Assembly: GCA_024687205.1 (NCBI GenBank)
Contig: JAILES010000081.1
Span: 5,657 to 69,656 of the forward strand
DNA from: Lachnospiraceae bacterium
GTDB lineage: Bacteria; Bacillota; Clostridia; Lachnospirales; Lachnospiraceae
Direction of reading: 5' to 3'
Length of the DNA: 64,000 nucleotides
Shown one piece after another: positions 36,432 through 44,974 of the stretch. The notes beneath the pieces are model-generated. The model saw nothing but the letters and a program-made list of their open reading frames with translations. It did not search any database and had not been told where the DNA came from. A program made the translations under genes and the position numbers. Numbering within the stretch: position 1 is the stretch's first letter; each line of letters begins with the position of its first letter.

Positions 36432-37808
36432 CTAATCAAGATCTTTGACATCTTTCTTATCAACGATCGCTTTCCCGAGCCATTTTTTCTTATACCAGTA
36501 ATACATGACTATCAGCCCGCGTATACATTCATCGGTAGCTGTTCCCGCATAAATACCGGCGACGCCGACACCGATAACAACACCGACCAGATATCCTGTG
36601 GTAAGGCCCAGGCTCCAGTTGCATACCAGCCCCATGATAAGCGGGAATATATATGCTCCGGCAGCTTTAAGACTGCTGACAAAAGTCATGTTGAGGCAGC
36701 GTCCCGTCTCAACAAAAATATCAGCGATCATTATCATCTGGCCCAGGGCGATGATATTCTCATTCGATGTAAAGAGACGCAGGGTATATCTGCAGAGTAT
36801 AGCATTGACGGAAGCAAGGGCTATCGTTATTGGCAGTGATGTCCTCAGAGTCTTAAACACTCTCTTATAAGCTTCATCCGACTTGCCCGCACCAACGAGG
36901 TGTCCCGTTATTATCTGTGTAGACATGGCAGATGCGTTTGAAAAGATCATCGCAAAAGATATCAGTGTATTGCAGTATGTTCTCGCATTCACCGAATCGT
37001 TTCCCATACTGTTTACAAAAGAAAGCAGTGTCGTCTGATAAAGATTATAAGTAAGGGATTCACCGGCAGAAGGAAGTCCTATCTTTATCATCTTCTTCAG
37101 CAGTTTCCCGGGGAAGGGATTCAGATAACGCAAAGATATCTTTCCTATACTTTTCACATAAAAGAATGCGATAAGTACCGTTACGGCAATGAACCTGGCA
37201 GCTACCGTCGATATTGCAACGCCTGCCACACCCATCTTCAGGAAAGTAAGCGGGCCATAGAGGAAAAGATAATTTCCGATAATGTTTATCACATTGATCG
37301 CAAACGACACCCACATACCTATCTTGGTATATCCGTTACATCGGAGTATCTGAAGCATTACATTAAACACAGCAGTGATAAATCCACCGCCGCCTACGAT
37401 ATATATGTAGATCATCGAGTATGGACGCATCTCGGGAGATACGTTAAGGAAATTCATGATCAGAGGGTTTGCTGCGCAGAAGACACCGCTGAGGGTCAGA
37501 CCGATCACAAAATTCACTGCTACGGCAAGAGTGTATATCATGTTCATCTTTTCAATACGTTTAGCTCCGAGATACTGTGCAACCACCACGCTTGTAGCTG
37601 TAGCAATAACATTGAACAGTATGTTCATCATGAACATGATAATATTTGCATTTCCGACTGCTCCGACTGCATACTCATCATAATGGCTGAGCATAAGCGT
37701 ATCAACATTATTGAGCATGGTATTCAGGAACAGCTCAAGAAACATCGGTCCCGCCAGGAGAAGCAGCGGTGTTTTTTCATCTATTACTATAGTTTTCTTC
37801 TCATTCAT
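36432..37808 (-). CDS. MATE family efflux transporter
   Basis: ~12 TM; AVGAVG, VVVAQYLGA, LFLYG..GVAGVAIST, IGLPSAGE. Confidence 0.9.
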   Translation of the reverse strand: MNEKKTIVIDEKTPLLLLAGPMFLELFLNTMLNNVDTLMLSHYDEYAVGAVGNANIIMFMMNILFNVIATATSVVVAQYLGAKRIEKMNMIYTLAVAVNFVIGLTLSGVFCAANPLIMNFLNVSPEMRPYSMIYIYIVGGGGFITAVFNVMLQILRCNGYTKIGMWVSFAINVINIIGNYLFLYGPLTFLKMGVAGVAISTVAARFIAVTVLIAFFYVKSIGKISLRYLNPFPGKLLKKMIKIGLPSAGESLTYNLYQTTLLSFVNSMGNDSVNARTYCNTLISFAMIFSNASAMSTQIITGHLVGAGKSDEAYKRVFKTLRTSLPITIALASVNAILCRYTLRLFTSNENIIALGQMIMIADIFVETGRCLNMTFVSSLKAAGAYIFPLIMGLVCNWSLGLTTGYLVGVVIGVGVAGIYAGTATDECIRGLIVMYYWYKKKWLGKAIVDKKDVKDLD

Positions 37809-37945
37809 ATTTCAATAAACCTTCTGTCCTTTGATCCCGTAATAGAATATAACATACGGTTCAGAATATCCTCTTATTTTCTTCTTCAAATTTACCACTT
37901 TTTGTGATTTATCATGCCGGAATAACAAAGCATTCTCAATATACT

Positions 37946-37970
37946 AAAAAAGGGTTCCTCTTACGGAACC
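37946..37970 (-). terminator. Intrinsic terminator after the permease gene
   Basis: GGGTTCC-GTAAGA-GGAACCC-TTTTT. Confidence 0.75.
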
Positions 37971-37986
37971 CCCGCAGCTCAACATT

Positions 37987-39120
37987 TTATGCCTGTATAC
38001 TGCCCAAACCGTAATAGAGTATCAGCAACAGGAACAGGAAAACAATATTGATCAGCGTAAATGCAAGAAGATAGTGTTCGCCCTCTTTCTTTTCCCTGTT
38101 ATAGAATTTATATGTGATAAGACTTGCCATGCTTGCGATCAGCGTACCCAGGCCGCCCAGGTTCGTTCCGATAAGAAGAGACGGGCCTTTTGCGGTAAAT
38201 GCCGAGAGCAGCATAGCCGCCGGAACATTGCTGATAAACTGTGAAGCAAGAACTGCGGTGAGTGTTACGTTTTTATCTATTATCATAGACAGCGTATCAT
38301 GAATGAATCCTATTCTCCCCAGATTACCGATCAATACAAAGAAGAATAAAAATGTAAAGAGCAGACCATAGTCAATATTAATGAATGCTTTTCGGTCAAA
38401 TACCAGCATGACAGCCGCTACCACTGCCAGCATGATCACAAAGTTTACTATATTTGATACCGTAAGCAGACACAGTATAAAGAGAGCCGTATATATCAAA
38501 AGCAGAAAAGGCTTTGGTGCCGAAACTTCTTCGGTCACTGCCGTATCCAGCGTTTTATCTGTCTTATTTAATATCAGTACGGCTATTACCAGCAGAATAA
38601 GCGAAGCTGCGCTGTAGGGCAGCATCAGCTTTATAAAATCAAACAGTCCTATATGATATTCCGTATAAAGATACAGGTTCTGCGGATTTCCTATAGGAGT
38701 AAGCATGCTTCCGAGATTTGCAGATACGGTCATCAGTATCAGCGTATACATGGTCCTTCTTCTGTCATTAAACTCTTTCAGAACACTTATGGCAAAAGGT
38801 ACCAGTGTAACAAGAGTCACATCGTTAGTAAGGAGCATGCTCATGAAAAAGGAAAGTATAACGAAAAACAGAGATATGTTTTTTTCCGACTTGATCTTTT
38901 CCAGCAGCTTGTTCGTAAAAAACGCGAAGGTTCCTATCCTTATATAAGCACTGACTACCAGCATCAGTGAAAAAAGGATAGCGATCACCCTGAAATTTAT
39001 ATATCCGATATATCCCGAATCCGGCTTGACAAAGAAACATGATATTACAGCCAGGATACCCGATATGAAGAGAACGGAATCCTTCTTAAACAGTTCGACA
39101 AGTTTTTTAGTTTTTCCCAA
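37987..39120 (-). CDS. SLC13/ArsB-NhaD superfamily (citrate-transporter-like) permease
   Basis: LLTNDVTLVTLVP, ANLGSMLTPIGNPQNL, SQFISNVPAA, GTNLGGLGTLIASMAS. Confidence 0.85.
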   Translation of the reverse strand: MGKTKKLVELFKKDSVLFISGILAVISCFFVKPDSGYIGYINFRVIAILFSLMLVVSAYIRIGTFAFFTNKLLEKIKSEKNISLFFVILSFFMSMLLTNDVTLVTLVPFAISVLKEFNDRRRTMYTLILMTVSANLGSMLTPIGNPQNLYLYTEYHIGLFDFIKLMLPYSAASLILLVIAVLILNKTDKTLDTAVTEEVSAPKPFLLLIYTALFILCLLTVSNIVNFVIMLAVVAAVMLVFDRKAFINIDYGLLFTFLFFFVLIGNLGRIGFIHDTLSMIIDKNVTLTAVLASQFISNVPAAMLLSAFTAKGPSLLIGTNLGGLGTLIASMASLITYKFYNREKKEGEHYLLAFTLINIVFLFLLLILYYGLGSIQA

Positions 39121-39198
39121 GACCTACAACCTCGCATGTCAATAGTATAGCAAACAACCAAAAACGCATTATATACTTTTGACAATGTTTGTCAAGTC

Positions 39199-41139
39199 TC
39201 AAAGCTCATCCAGCCACAGTTTTGCGGATGCGTCACTCGGCATGCGCCAGTCCCCTCTGGGCGAAAGCGTGACAGAACCCACCTTAGGTCCGTCAGGCAG
39301 GCAGCTGCGCTTAAACTGCTGCGAGAAAAACCTCCCAAAGAATTTCCTTCCCGCATCCCTCACTTCATCTTCTGTCAGTTCGGGGTAAGCACTCAGTGCA
39401 TATGCCGCTGTCCTTGCGGGTTCGAAACCGTAACGCAGCGTATAATAAAGAAAGAAATCATTCAGATCATACTTGCCTATCTTTTCCTCGGTCTTCTGTA
39501 CGATCACACCGTCTTTGTTCGGTGTCAGTTCAGGTGTTATAGGCGTATCACAGATATCCAGCAATACTTTCTTAAGCTCACTGTCACCGCAGAACTGCGC
39601 ATAGGATCTGCAGATAAACTTCACCAGGGTTTTCGGTACCGATGCATTTACCGCATACATGGACATATGATCACCGTTATAGGTGCACCAGCCCAGAGCC
39701 AGCTCCGAAAGGTCCCCGGTACCTACGACCAGAGCATTGTTCATATTTGCGGCATCCATAAGCAGATAGGTCCTCATTCTGGCCTGAGCATTTTCATAGG
39801 TCACATCACCCTCACCCATATATCCCGGCTCATGTCCCAGCTGATCCAGATGCAGATCCACAGCTTCCTTGATCGCTATCTCATACTCTTCATCTGCCAG
39901 TATCCTCATCAGTTTCTTTGCATTCTCATAGGTCCTGCCGGTAGTATTCCCTTCATTTGGCATTGTGTATGCCAAGATGCGTATATCTTCTGCCAGCTTC
40001 TTTGCTTCTGCGCATACTATCAGCGCAAGCGTGGAATCCAGTCCGCCGGATATGCCTATCACCAGATTCTTTATACCGCTGGCTCTTACTCTCGTAGCCA
40101 GTCCGTTGGCCTGTATCTTAAGTATCCTCCTGCATCTTTCATCCCTCATATTCTCATCGCCCGGCACAAAGGGATTCCGAGCTATAGGATGCTCCTCTTT
40201 TTTCAAAACAGCCGCAAGTTCTTTTATATCTGTCTCATCTGCGCCTGCTGCCTGCATACGCACTTTCACTCTTCTGCAATCCGCAGTATCTTCATTATCA
40301 AAAGTATTCTGCCTTCTTCTGTTATGCATAATGAAGCATAGATCGATCAATGCAGACTCGGTATTCGGATATTCGGGAAAAATACTCTCCTTCAGCACAC
40401 TGCCGTTCTGTGCGATGATGCTGTGTCCCGAGAAGACCAGATCCGTGCTGCTCTCATGTGTACCTGATGACGCATATATGTATGCACAGTAACATGAACC
40501 GCTTTGCTGTTTTACAAGTTCCCTTCTGTATTCCTGCTTGCCGATCAGTTCATCCGATGCCGAAAGATTTGCAATGATATTCGCCCCTGCAACAGCCGCA
40601 TGTGTGCTCGGTTTATCAGGCACCCACAGATCCTCACACAGTTCCACCCCTAGCACAGCTCCGGAAACAGTATCCTCCGCAAGGATATCACTGCCGAAAG
40701 GTATCTCTTCATTTCCTATCTTTATGCTCTTTCCTTTCAGCCCCTTCCCCGATGCAAACCAGCGGCATTCATAAAACTCTCCGTAATTGGGAAGATAAGT
40801 TTTGGGGATCAATGCTTTTATGCTGCCCTGTGACAGCACTGCACCGCAGTTATAAAGACTGTTTTTATAACGTAATGGCACTCCGGTCACCACCGTCATA
40901 CCCGTACCGCAGGTTTCCTCAGCCAATCTCATCAGTGCCTTCTCTGCCTGATCAAGCATCAGTTCGCTGCCAAACAGATCCCCACAGGTGTATCCGGTGA
41001 TACTCAGTTCAGGGAACACCATGAGTCCGCAATCTTTATTCTCTTTTATCATCGTTATGATCTGTTCGGTATTGTACTTCACATCTCCGATCTTTAACCC
41101 CGGCACAGCCGTTGTTACTTTGATAAGCCGGTTTTTCAT
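39199..41139 (-). CDS. nadE: Glutamine-dependent NAD+ synthetase
   Basis: Nitrilase domain (FPELSITGY, YNC, KTYLPNYGEFYE.RWF, ELCEDLW) + GISGGLDSTL, ENAQARMR, GTGDLSELALGWCTY. Start set from RBS AAGGAAGGTG. Confidence 0.93.
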   Translation of the reverse strand: MKNRLIKVTTAVPGLKIGDVKYNTEQIITMIKENKDCGLMVFPELSITGYTCGDLFGSELMLDQAEKALMRLAEETCGTGMTVVTGVPLRYKNSLYNCGAVLSQGSIKALIPKTYLPNYGEFYECRWFASGKGLKGKSIKIGNEEIPFGSDILAEDTVSGAVLGVELCEDLWVPDKPSTHAAVAGANIIANLSASDELIGKQEYRRELVKQQSGSCYCAYIYASSGTHESSTDLVFSGHSIIAQNGSVLKESIFPEYPNTESALIDLCFIMHNRRRQNTFDNEDTADCRRVKVRMQAAGADETDIKELAAVLKKEEHPIARNPFVPGDENMRDERCRRILKIQANGLATRVRASGIKNLVIGISGGLDSTLALIVCAEAKKLAEDIRILAYTMPNEGNTTGRTYENAKKLMRILADEEYEIAIKEAVDLHLDQLGHEPGYMGEGDVTYENAQARMRTYLLMDAANMNNALVVGTGDLSELALGWCTYNGDHMSMYAVNASVPKTLVKFICRSYAQFCGDSELKKVLLDICDTPITPELTPNKDGVIVQKTEEKIGKYDLNDFFLYYTLRYGFEPARTAAYALSAYPELTEDEVRDAGRKFFGRFFSQQFKRSCLPDGPKVGSVTLSPRGDWRMPSDASAKLWLDEL

Positions 41140-41158
41140 TTTTCTCACCTTCCTTATT

Positions 41159-43735
41159 TCATTTCGAAAAAGCCATCAACAGATGTTCATTTGCTATATC
41201 GTTATAAACCGCACACTTGCGGGAACTCAGATCATATACATGAACTATATCGCTGAGTATTTCCTTGTCCGCGAATTCTCCGACGATATCAGGGAAAGCT
41301 TCCAGTTTATCCGGAGAATAGTGTATTGTTTTTTCATTATGAAATACTGCAGTATAAAGTATCTGCGCTTCCACCAGATCCTGGAAGATATGGCTTCCGT
41401 ATGACAGCTCCGGATTATATCCCGCCTTTGTTTCTTCCGTCTCGCAGATGACTTCAAAAGCACTTATGTCCGAAAATGAGGTAGGTACTCCCAGCTCGGG
41501 AGAAGAGGTTCCCACTCTTCCCGGGACTATCAGCATCAGATGTTTGTTCAGCTCACGATAATGCCAGCTGATCTTTGAGATCAGTCTCGCTACCAGATCC
41601 TTTTCCTTATAAGGCATGTTGTAATACTTAACGGGATCCACAAGAACAATGATATCCAGCTCAGTGGTCCTGCACATTCCCATGGATGCTCCTCTGCTCT
41701 CAAGCAATATATCTTCTTCTTTTATCCCGGCAGGTACTACGGTTCCTCCCACCGTTTTCTGTACCTGCAGCGGCCTGCATTGCAGCAGGTCTACGGAGTA
41801 TTCACCGTTTTCAGAGATATTGATCGTGAATTCGGTATCAACCGGATATTCATATTCTTCCTGTATACAGCGAAGCATCCTTCTCATTTTTTCCATCAGT
41901 TCCTTATTTGCCACAAGGCCTTTACAGGAGATGAACTTTACCTGACGGCTGATCCCTCTTTCGTACAAGCGGTTCTCTGCTTCATAATCATGCTCCAGAA
42001 GTATCTTGTCCAGATACCCCGGCATATCCTTTTCTATCTCATCCAGAGGAAATCTTTTCAGTGAACGCTCCTGCATATTTATCACTTCAGCCTTCCCCTG
42101 GGAAAACTTATGCTTGTCCGCTGATGATGAATAGGAGGTTTTTTCCGGCATATCCAGATTGACTATCCTCGGATATGAGCCCTCTGTGCGGTCTACCGCC
42201 GAGGTTCCGAGTCCCATCACCAGCCTTAACATACCTGCAGTCGGATCGCTGTCCTTCATGATCCTGTAGGGACTGTAGGAATAACCCACACCCGCGGCAC
42301 AGGGCATGTAATTCGTTCCGTAATAGGATCCTGACACACGCTGTATCAACAGTGCCATCTGTTCATCTCTCTTATCCAGTCCGCGTCGTTTTCTGTAATC
42401 AAGGGCCGACATACTCATCGAACTTGCATATACTATCTTTATTGCCCGTTCAAATTCCTCAAGTCTTTCTTCCATGCTGCCGCGGTTTATGCAGAATACC
42501 GATTCATATTTACCGGCAAAAGCATTTCCGAAGCCATCCTCCAGTATGGAACTTGAGCGTATGATATAGGGATCCTGTCCGTAATAATCTATGATCCTTA
42601 CAAACTGTTCCCGCATCGCATCTGAGAAGCTTCCTTCCATGATCTTTTCCGCAAACTCGGCCGCAAGTGTAAAGTATCCCTCATCCGTACGCTGTTTTAT
42701 CCTCATATCCCAAAGGTTATTATCAACTATGTAGGTATAATACATATCCGAACCAACATAAAACGAATCGTGGGGCTCCAATACTTCAGCTATATCTTCT
42801 TCCTTATTTCTTATGATCGCTCTTGCCAGCAGCATGCCGCAGGCCTTTCCTCCTATCATTCCGGTTCCTACCATATGGTCTCTTACCGCAAAATAGTCTT
42901 CAGGCGTAAAATGCTTCTTTACCATTTCGCGCATCTTCGCATCCCGGGTCATCATGATATTGCACATCGACGTACAGTCCTCGCTGATATCCATTCCGTT
43001 TTCTCTCATAAGTTTCACACGGTTGAAGAAGCGATCCCAGGAATCGGAATACTGTTCCTGTGCCGAACGTTGCGCCGCACCCAGTGTCTGGTAAAACCTG
43101 CTTGATCTGACACCATCCAGTATCGGCCTGAACTCGCCGTTCTCCGGATCATAGGTATGCGGAAGGAACATGGTATCGGAATTTCTGTTCCAGACTTTTT
43201 CGGGACGCACATAGATATTCTTTTTGTCGGAATATACATCAAAGAAAAGCTGCGTCGTATTCAGTATCTTGTTAATAGCCTGTACCGAGTGTTTTCCCCT
43301 GATGATGGGAAAGAATGCAACTGTATCAAGTATGAAGAGAAAGGGACAGGTCACCCTGAAGAAATTGCCCATCATAAGGTCAGTAGCCCAGGCGGTCTGC
43401 AGTTCAGACAGACAGTCAAACACATAGAAGGCATCCTTTCCTTCTTTCTCTATCACATTATGGATATCTACGGTGAAATTCTCAAAGCGGTGGGAGAGCG
43501 CCACTTCGACGGTTTTGATCTCGGGACGGTCTTCTACCAGCCGCTCATGACTGGCAAAACGGAAATAAATGATGTTACGTTTATCCTCTATGGCCTGCTT
43601 TACATAGGGTTCCATAAAAAGCTTAAACTCGGACAGCTCCGACACACGCCACACCACGTTATCTCCGAGTCTGATATTATCAAGGGCTGTATCCATCTCC
43701 GGTATCCCGCTCTTTATTCTGTCAAAAGCTGCCAT
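41159..43735 (-). CDS. PEP/pyruvate-binding (PPDK_N-like) domain protein
   Basis: GMIGGKACG, IRSSSILEDGFGNAFAGKYESVF, LLQCRPLQ. No phospho-His domain evident. Start MAAFD after RBS GGAGGT. Confidence 0.8.
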   Translation of the reverse strand: MAAFDRIKSGIPEMDTALDNIRLGDNVVWRVSELSEFKLFMEPYVKQAIEDKRNIIYFRFASHERLVEDRPEIKTVEVALSHRFENFTVDIHNVIEKEGKDAFYVFDCLSELQTAWATDLMMGNFFRVTCPFLFILDTVAFFPIIRGKHSVQAINKILNTTQLFFDVYSDKKNIYVRPEKVWNRNSDTMFLPHTYDPENGEFRPILDGVRSSRFYQTLGAAQRSAQEQYSDSWDRFFNRVKLMRENGMDISEDCTSMCNIMMTRDAKMREMVKKHFTPEDYFAVRDHMVGTGMIGGKACGMLLARAIIRNKEEDIAEVLEPHDSFYVGSDMYYTYIVDNNLWDMRIKQRTDEGYFTLAAEFAEKIMEGSFSDAMREQFVRIIDYYGQDPYIIRSSSILEDGFGNAFAGKYESVFCINRGSMEERLEEFERAIKIVYASSMSMSALDYRKRRGLDKRDEQMALLIQRVSGSYYGTNYMPCAAGVGYSYSPYRIMKDSDPTAGMLRLVMGLGTSAVDRTEGSYPRIVNLDMPEKTSYSSSADKHKFSQGKAEVINMQERSLKRFPLDEIEKDMPGYLDKILLEHDYEAENRLYERGISRQVKFISCKGLVANKELMEKMRRMLRCIQEEYEYPVDTEFTINISENGEYSVDLLQCRPLQVQKTVGGTVVPAGIKEEDILLESRGASMGMCRTTELDIIVLVDPVKYYNMPYKEKDLVARLISKISWHYRELNKHLMLIVPGRVGTSSPELGVPTSFSDISAFEVICETEETKAGYNPELSYGSHIFQDLVEAQILYTAVFHNEKTIHYSPDKLEAFPDIVGEFADKEILSDIVHVYDLSSRKCAVYNDIANEHLLMAFSK

Positions 43736-43755
43736 CACCCTACCTCCGATCCGAC

Positions 43756-43799
43756 AAAAAAAGGGCGCTCCATCCAAACGGATGAAACGCCTTTGCTTC
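43756..43799 (-). promoter_or_regulatory. ANTAR-like hexaloop hairpin overlapping an intrinsic terminator (leader of the PEP-binding gene)
   Basis: GAAGC-AAAGGC-GTTTC overlaps GGCGTTTCATCC-GTTT-GGATGGAGCGCC-C-T7. Confidence 0.65.
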
Positions 43800-43812
43800 A
43801 AGCTCCTATTAG

Positions 43813-43841
43813 ATACTATCATTTATCACAGCGGATTGCAA
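43813..43841 (-). promoter_or_regulatory. SigA promoter of the PEP-binding/nadE operon
   Basis: TTGCAA, 17 nt with TG extension, TAGTAT. Confidence 0.6.
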
Positions 43842-43903
43842 GATGTGAATTAAGAAAAGTCTTGCGTTTCGGACTTAAAAATGTTAGGATTTATACGATT
43901 TAC

Positions 43904-43943
43904 GAAACAAAGGCGTTTCATCTTATCGGATGGGACGTCTTTT
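43904..43943 (+). promoter_or_regulatory. ANTAR-like hexaloop hairpin overlapping a terminator stem (leader of the alarmone synthetase gene)
   Basis: GAAAC-AAAGGC-GTTTC overlaps the 14-bp stem AAAGGCGTTTCATC-TTATCG-GATGGGACGTCTTT-T. Confidence 0.65.
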
Positions 43944-43963
43944 GTGTTATGGGGGACAGCAAA

Positions 43964-44953
43964 ATGATCTCATTAAACGATTATCTTTATTCAGGTGATA
44001 CGGTACTTAAGATACTGCTGCGTTATTCGGATGATCTGAAAAAAGAAGCGATAAAGAGCAGCAATGCCATAGACCTTGCTCACAGCAACTTTCTGATCCA
44101 GATCATAGAGCAGCTGGAACATACGGACTTCCTTACCTCACAGTCCAACAGGATCAAAGAGTTCTATCTTTACATGACTCAGAAATATCCTTTTCTTGCA
44201 TTCACCTTTAAAGGCAGGATCAAGTCCCTTATACGTGCTGAGGAAAAATTCAATGCCTATGTGCTTGAGTATATCTATGAGTACTACAAGACCAACGGAA
44301 GGTTTCCGACTGATACGGAGATCAAGAGCAATATCAACTGTTTCAGGGATCTGATCGCATACCGCATAGTGATCTCGCTACCGGTATGTCATGTATCTGC
44401 GGAAGAAAGCCTCGAAGAACAGGAGACAAAATACCTGTATGAAATAGCAGATATACTGCCGGCTTTTCTGGAAGAACGCGGTTTTACACCCGAACTCTCC
44501 GGCTATCATGGACAGCCGGCGACAGGACCCTTAAGCGAAAACGTCCGTCAGTATTACAGAGATTATGTACGCACGCCCCGTCCGTCGGGTTACCGTTCAC
44601 TTCATATCACTTTTTATGATAATCATGCGAGATGCTATACGGAAGTACAGCTTAGAACCAAAGACATGGATGACTTTGCCGAGATCGGTGCAGCCAATCA
44701 CTTCGGTTATGAGAAGAAACAGGAAGAACACAGGGTTAAACGTGATATAATACAGCCCGGTGAATGTAAAGTTTTTGATGAAGCATATGAAAGGCTGATC
44801 AAACTGCTGGAACTGGACCTGGCAAATGTCAACGTCAACATGTTCAAGGCTTTTAACAACCAGCTGATCAATGACGGCTGCGGTCTTTTCAGAGGCAGAC
44901 AGATACAGCCTTTCGAACACTTATCAAGATTTCAGTATGATCCGATATCATGA
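43964..44953 (+). CDS. RelA/SpoT synthetase-domain protein (small alarmone synthetase-like), 329 aa
   Basis: GRIKS, RDLIAYRIV, SGYRSLH, EVQLRT, ANH..YEK. ATG 43964 after GGGGGA; the track's 43157 start is an antisense overlap. Confidence 0.85.
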   Translation: MISLNDYLYSGDTVLKILLRYSDDLKKEAIKSSNAIDLAHSNFLIQIIEQLEHTDFLTSQSNRIKEFYLYMTQKYPFLAFTFKGRIKSLIRAEEKFNAYVLEYIYEYYKTNGRFPTDTEIKSNINCFRDLIAYRIVISLPVCHVSAEESLEEQETKYLYEIADILPAFLEERGFTPELSGYHGQPATGPLSENVRQYYRDYVRTPRPSGYRSLHITFYDNHARCYTEVQLRTKDMDDFAEIGAANHFGYEKKQEEHRVKRDIIQPGECKVFDEAYERLIKLLELDLANVNVNMFKAFNNQLINDGCGLFRGRQIQPFEHLSRFQYDPIS

Positions 44954-44974
44954 ACTGTGCCTGATCCGGCACGT

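Noticed and set aside
39179-39195. TTGACA-N5-TGTCAA palindrome
   Set aside because: The minus-strand copy is simply the -35 of the permease promoter (16 nt to TATAAT); no independent support for an operator
43157-43963. 598-aa version of the RelA/SpoT ORF
   Set aside because: The first 269 codons are antisense to the PEP-binding gene and cross the promoter region; the real start is ATG 43964
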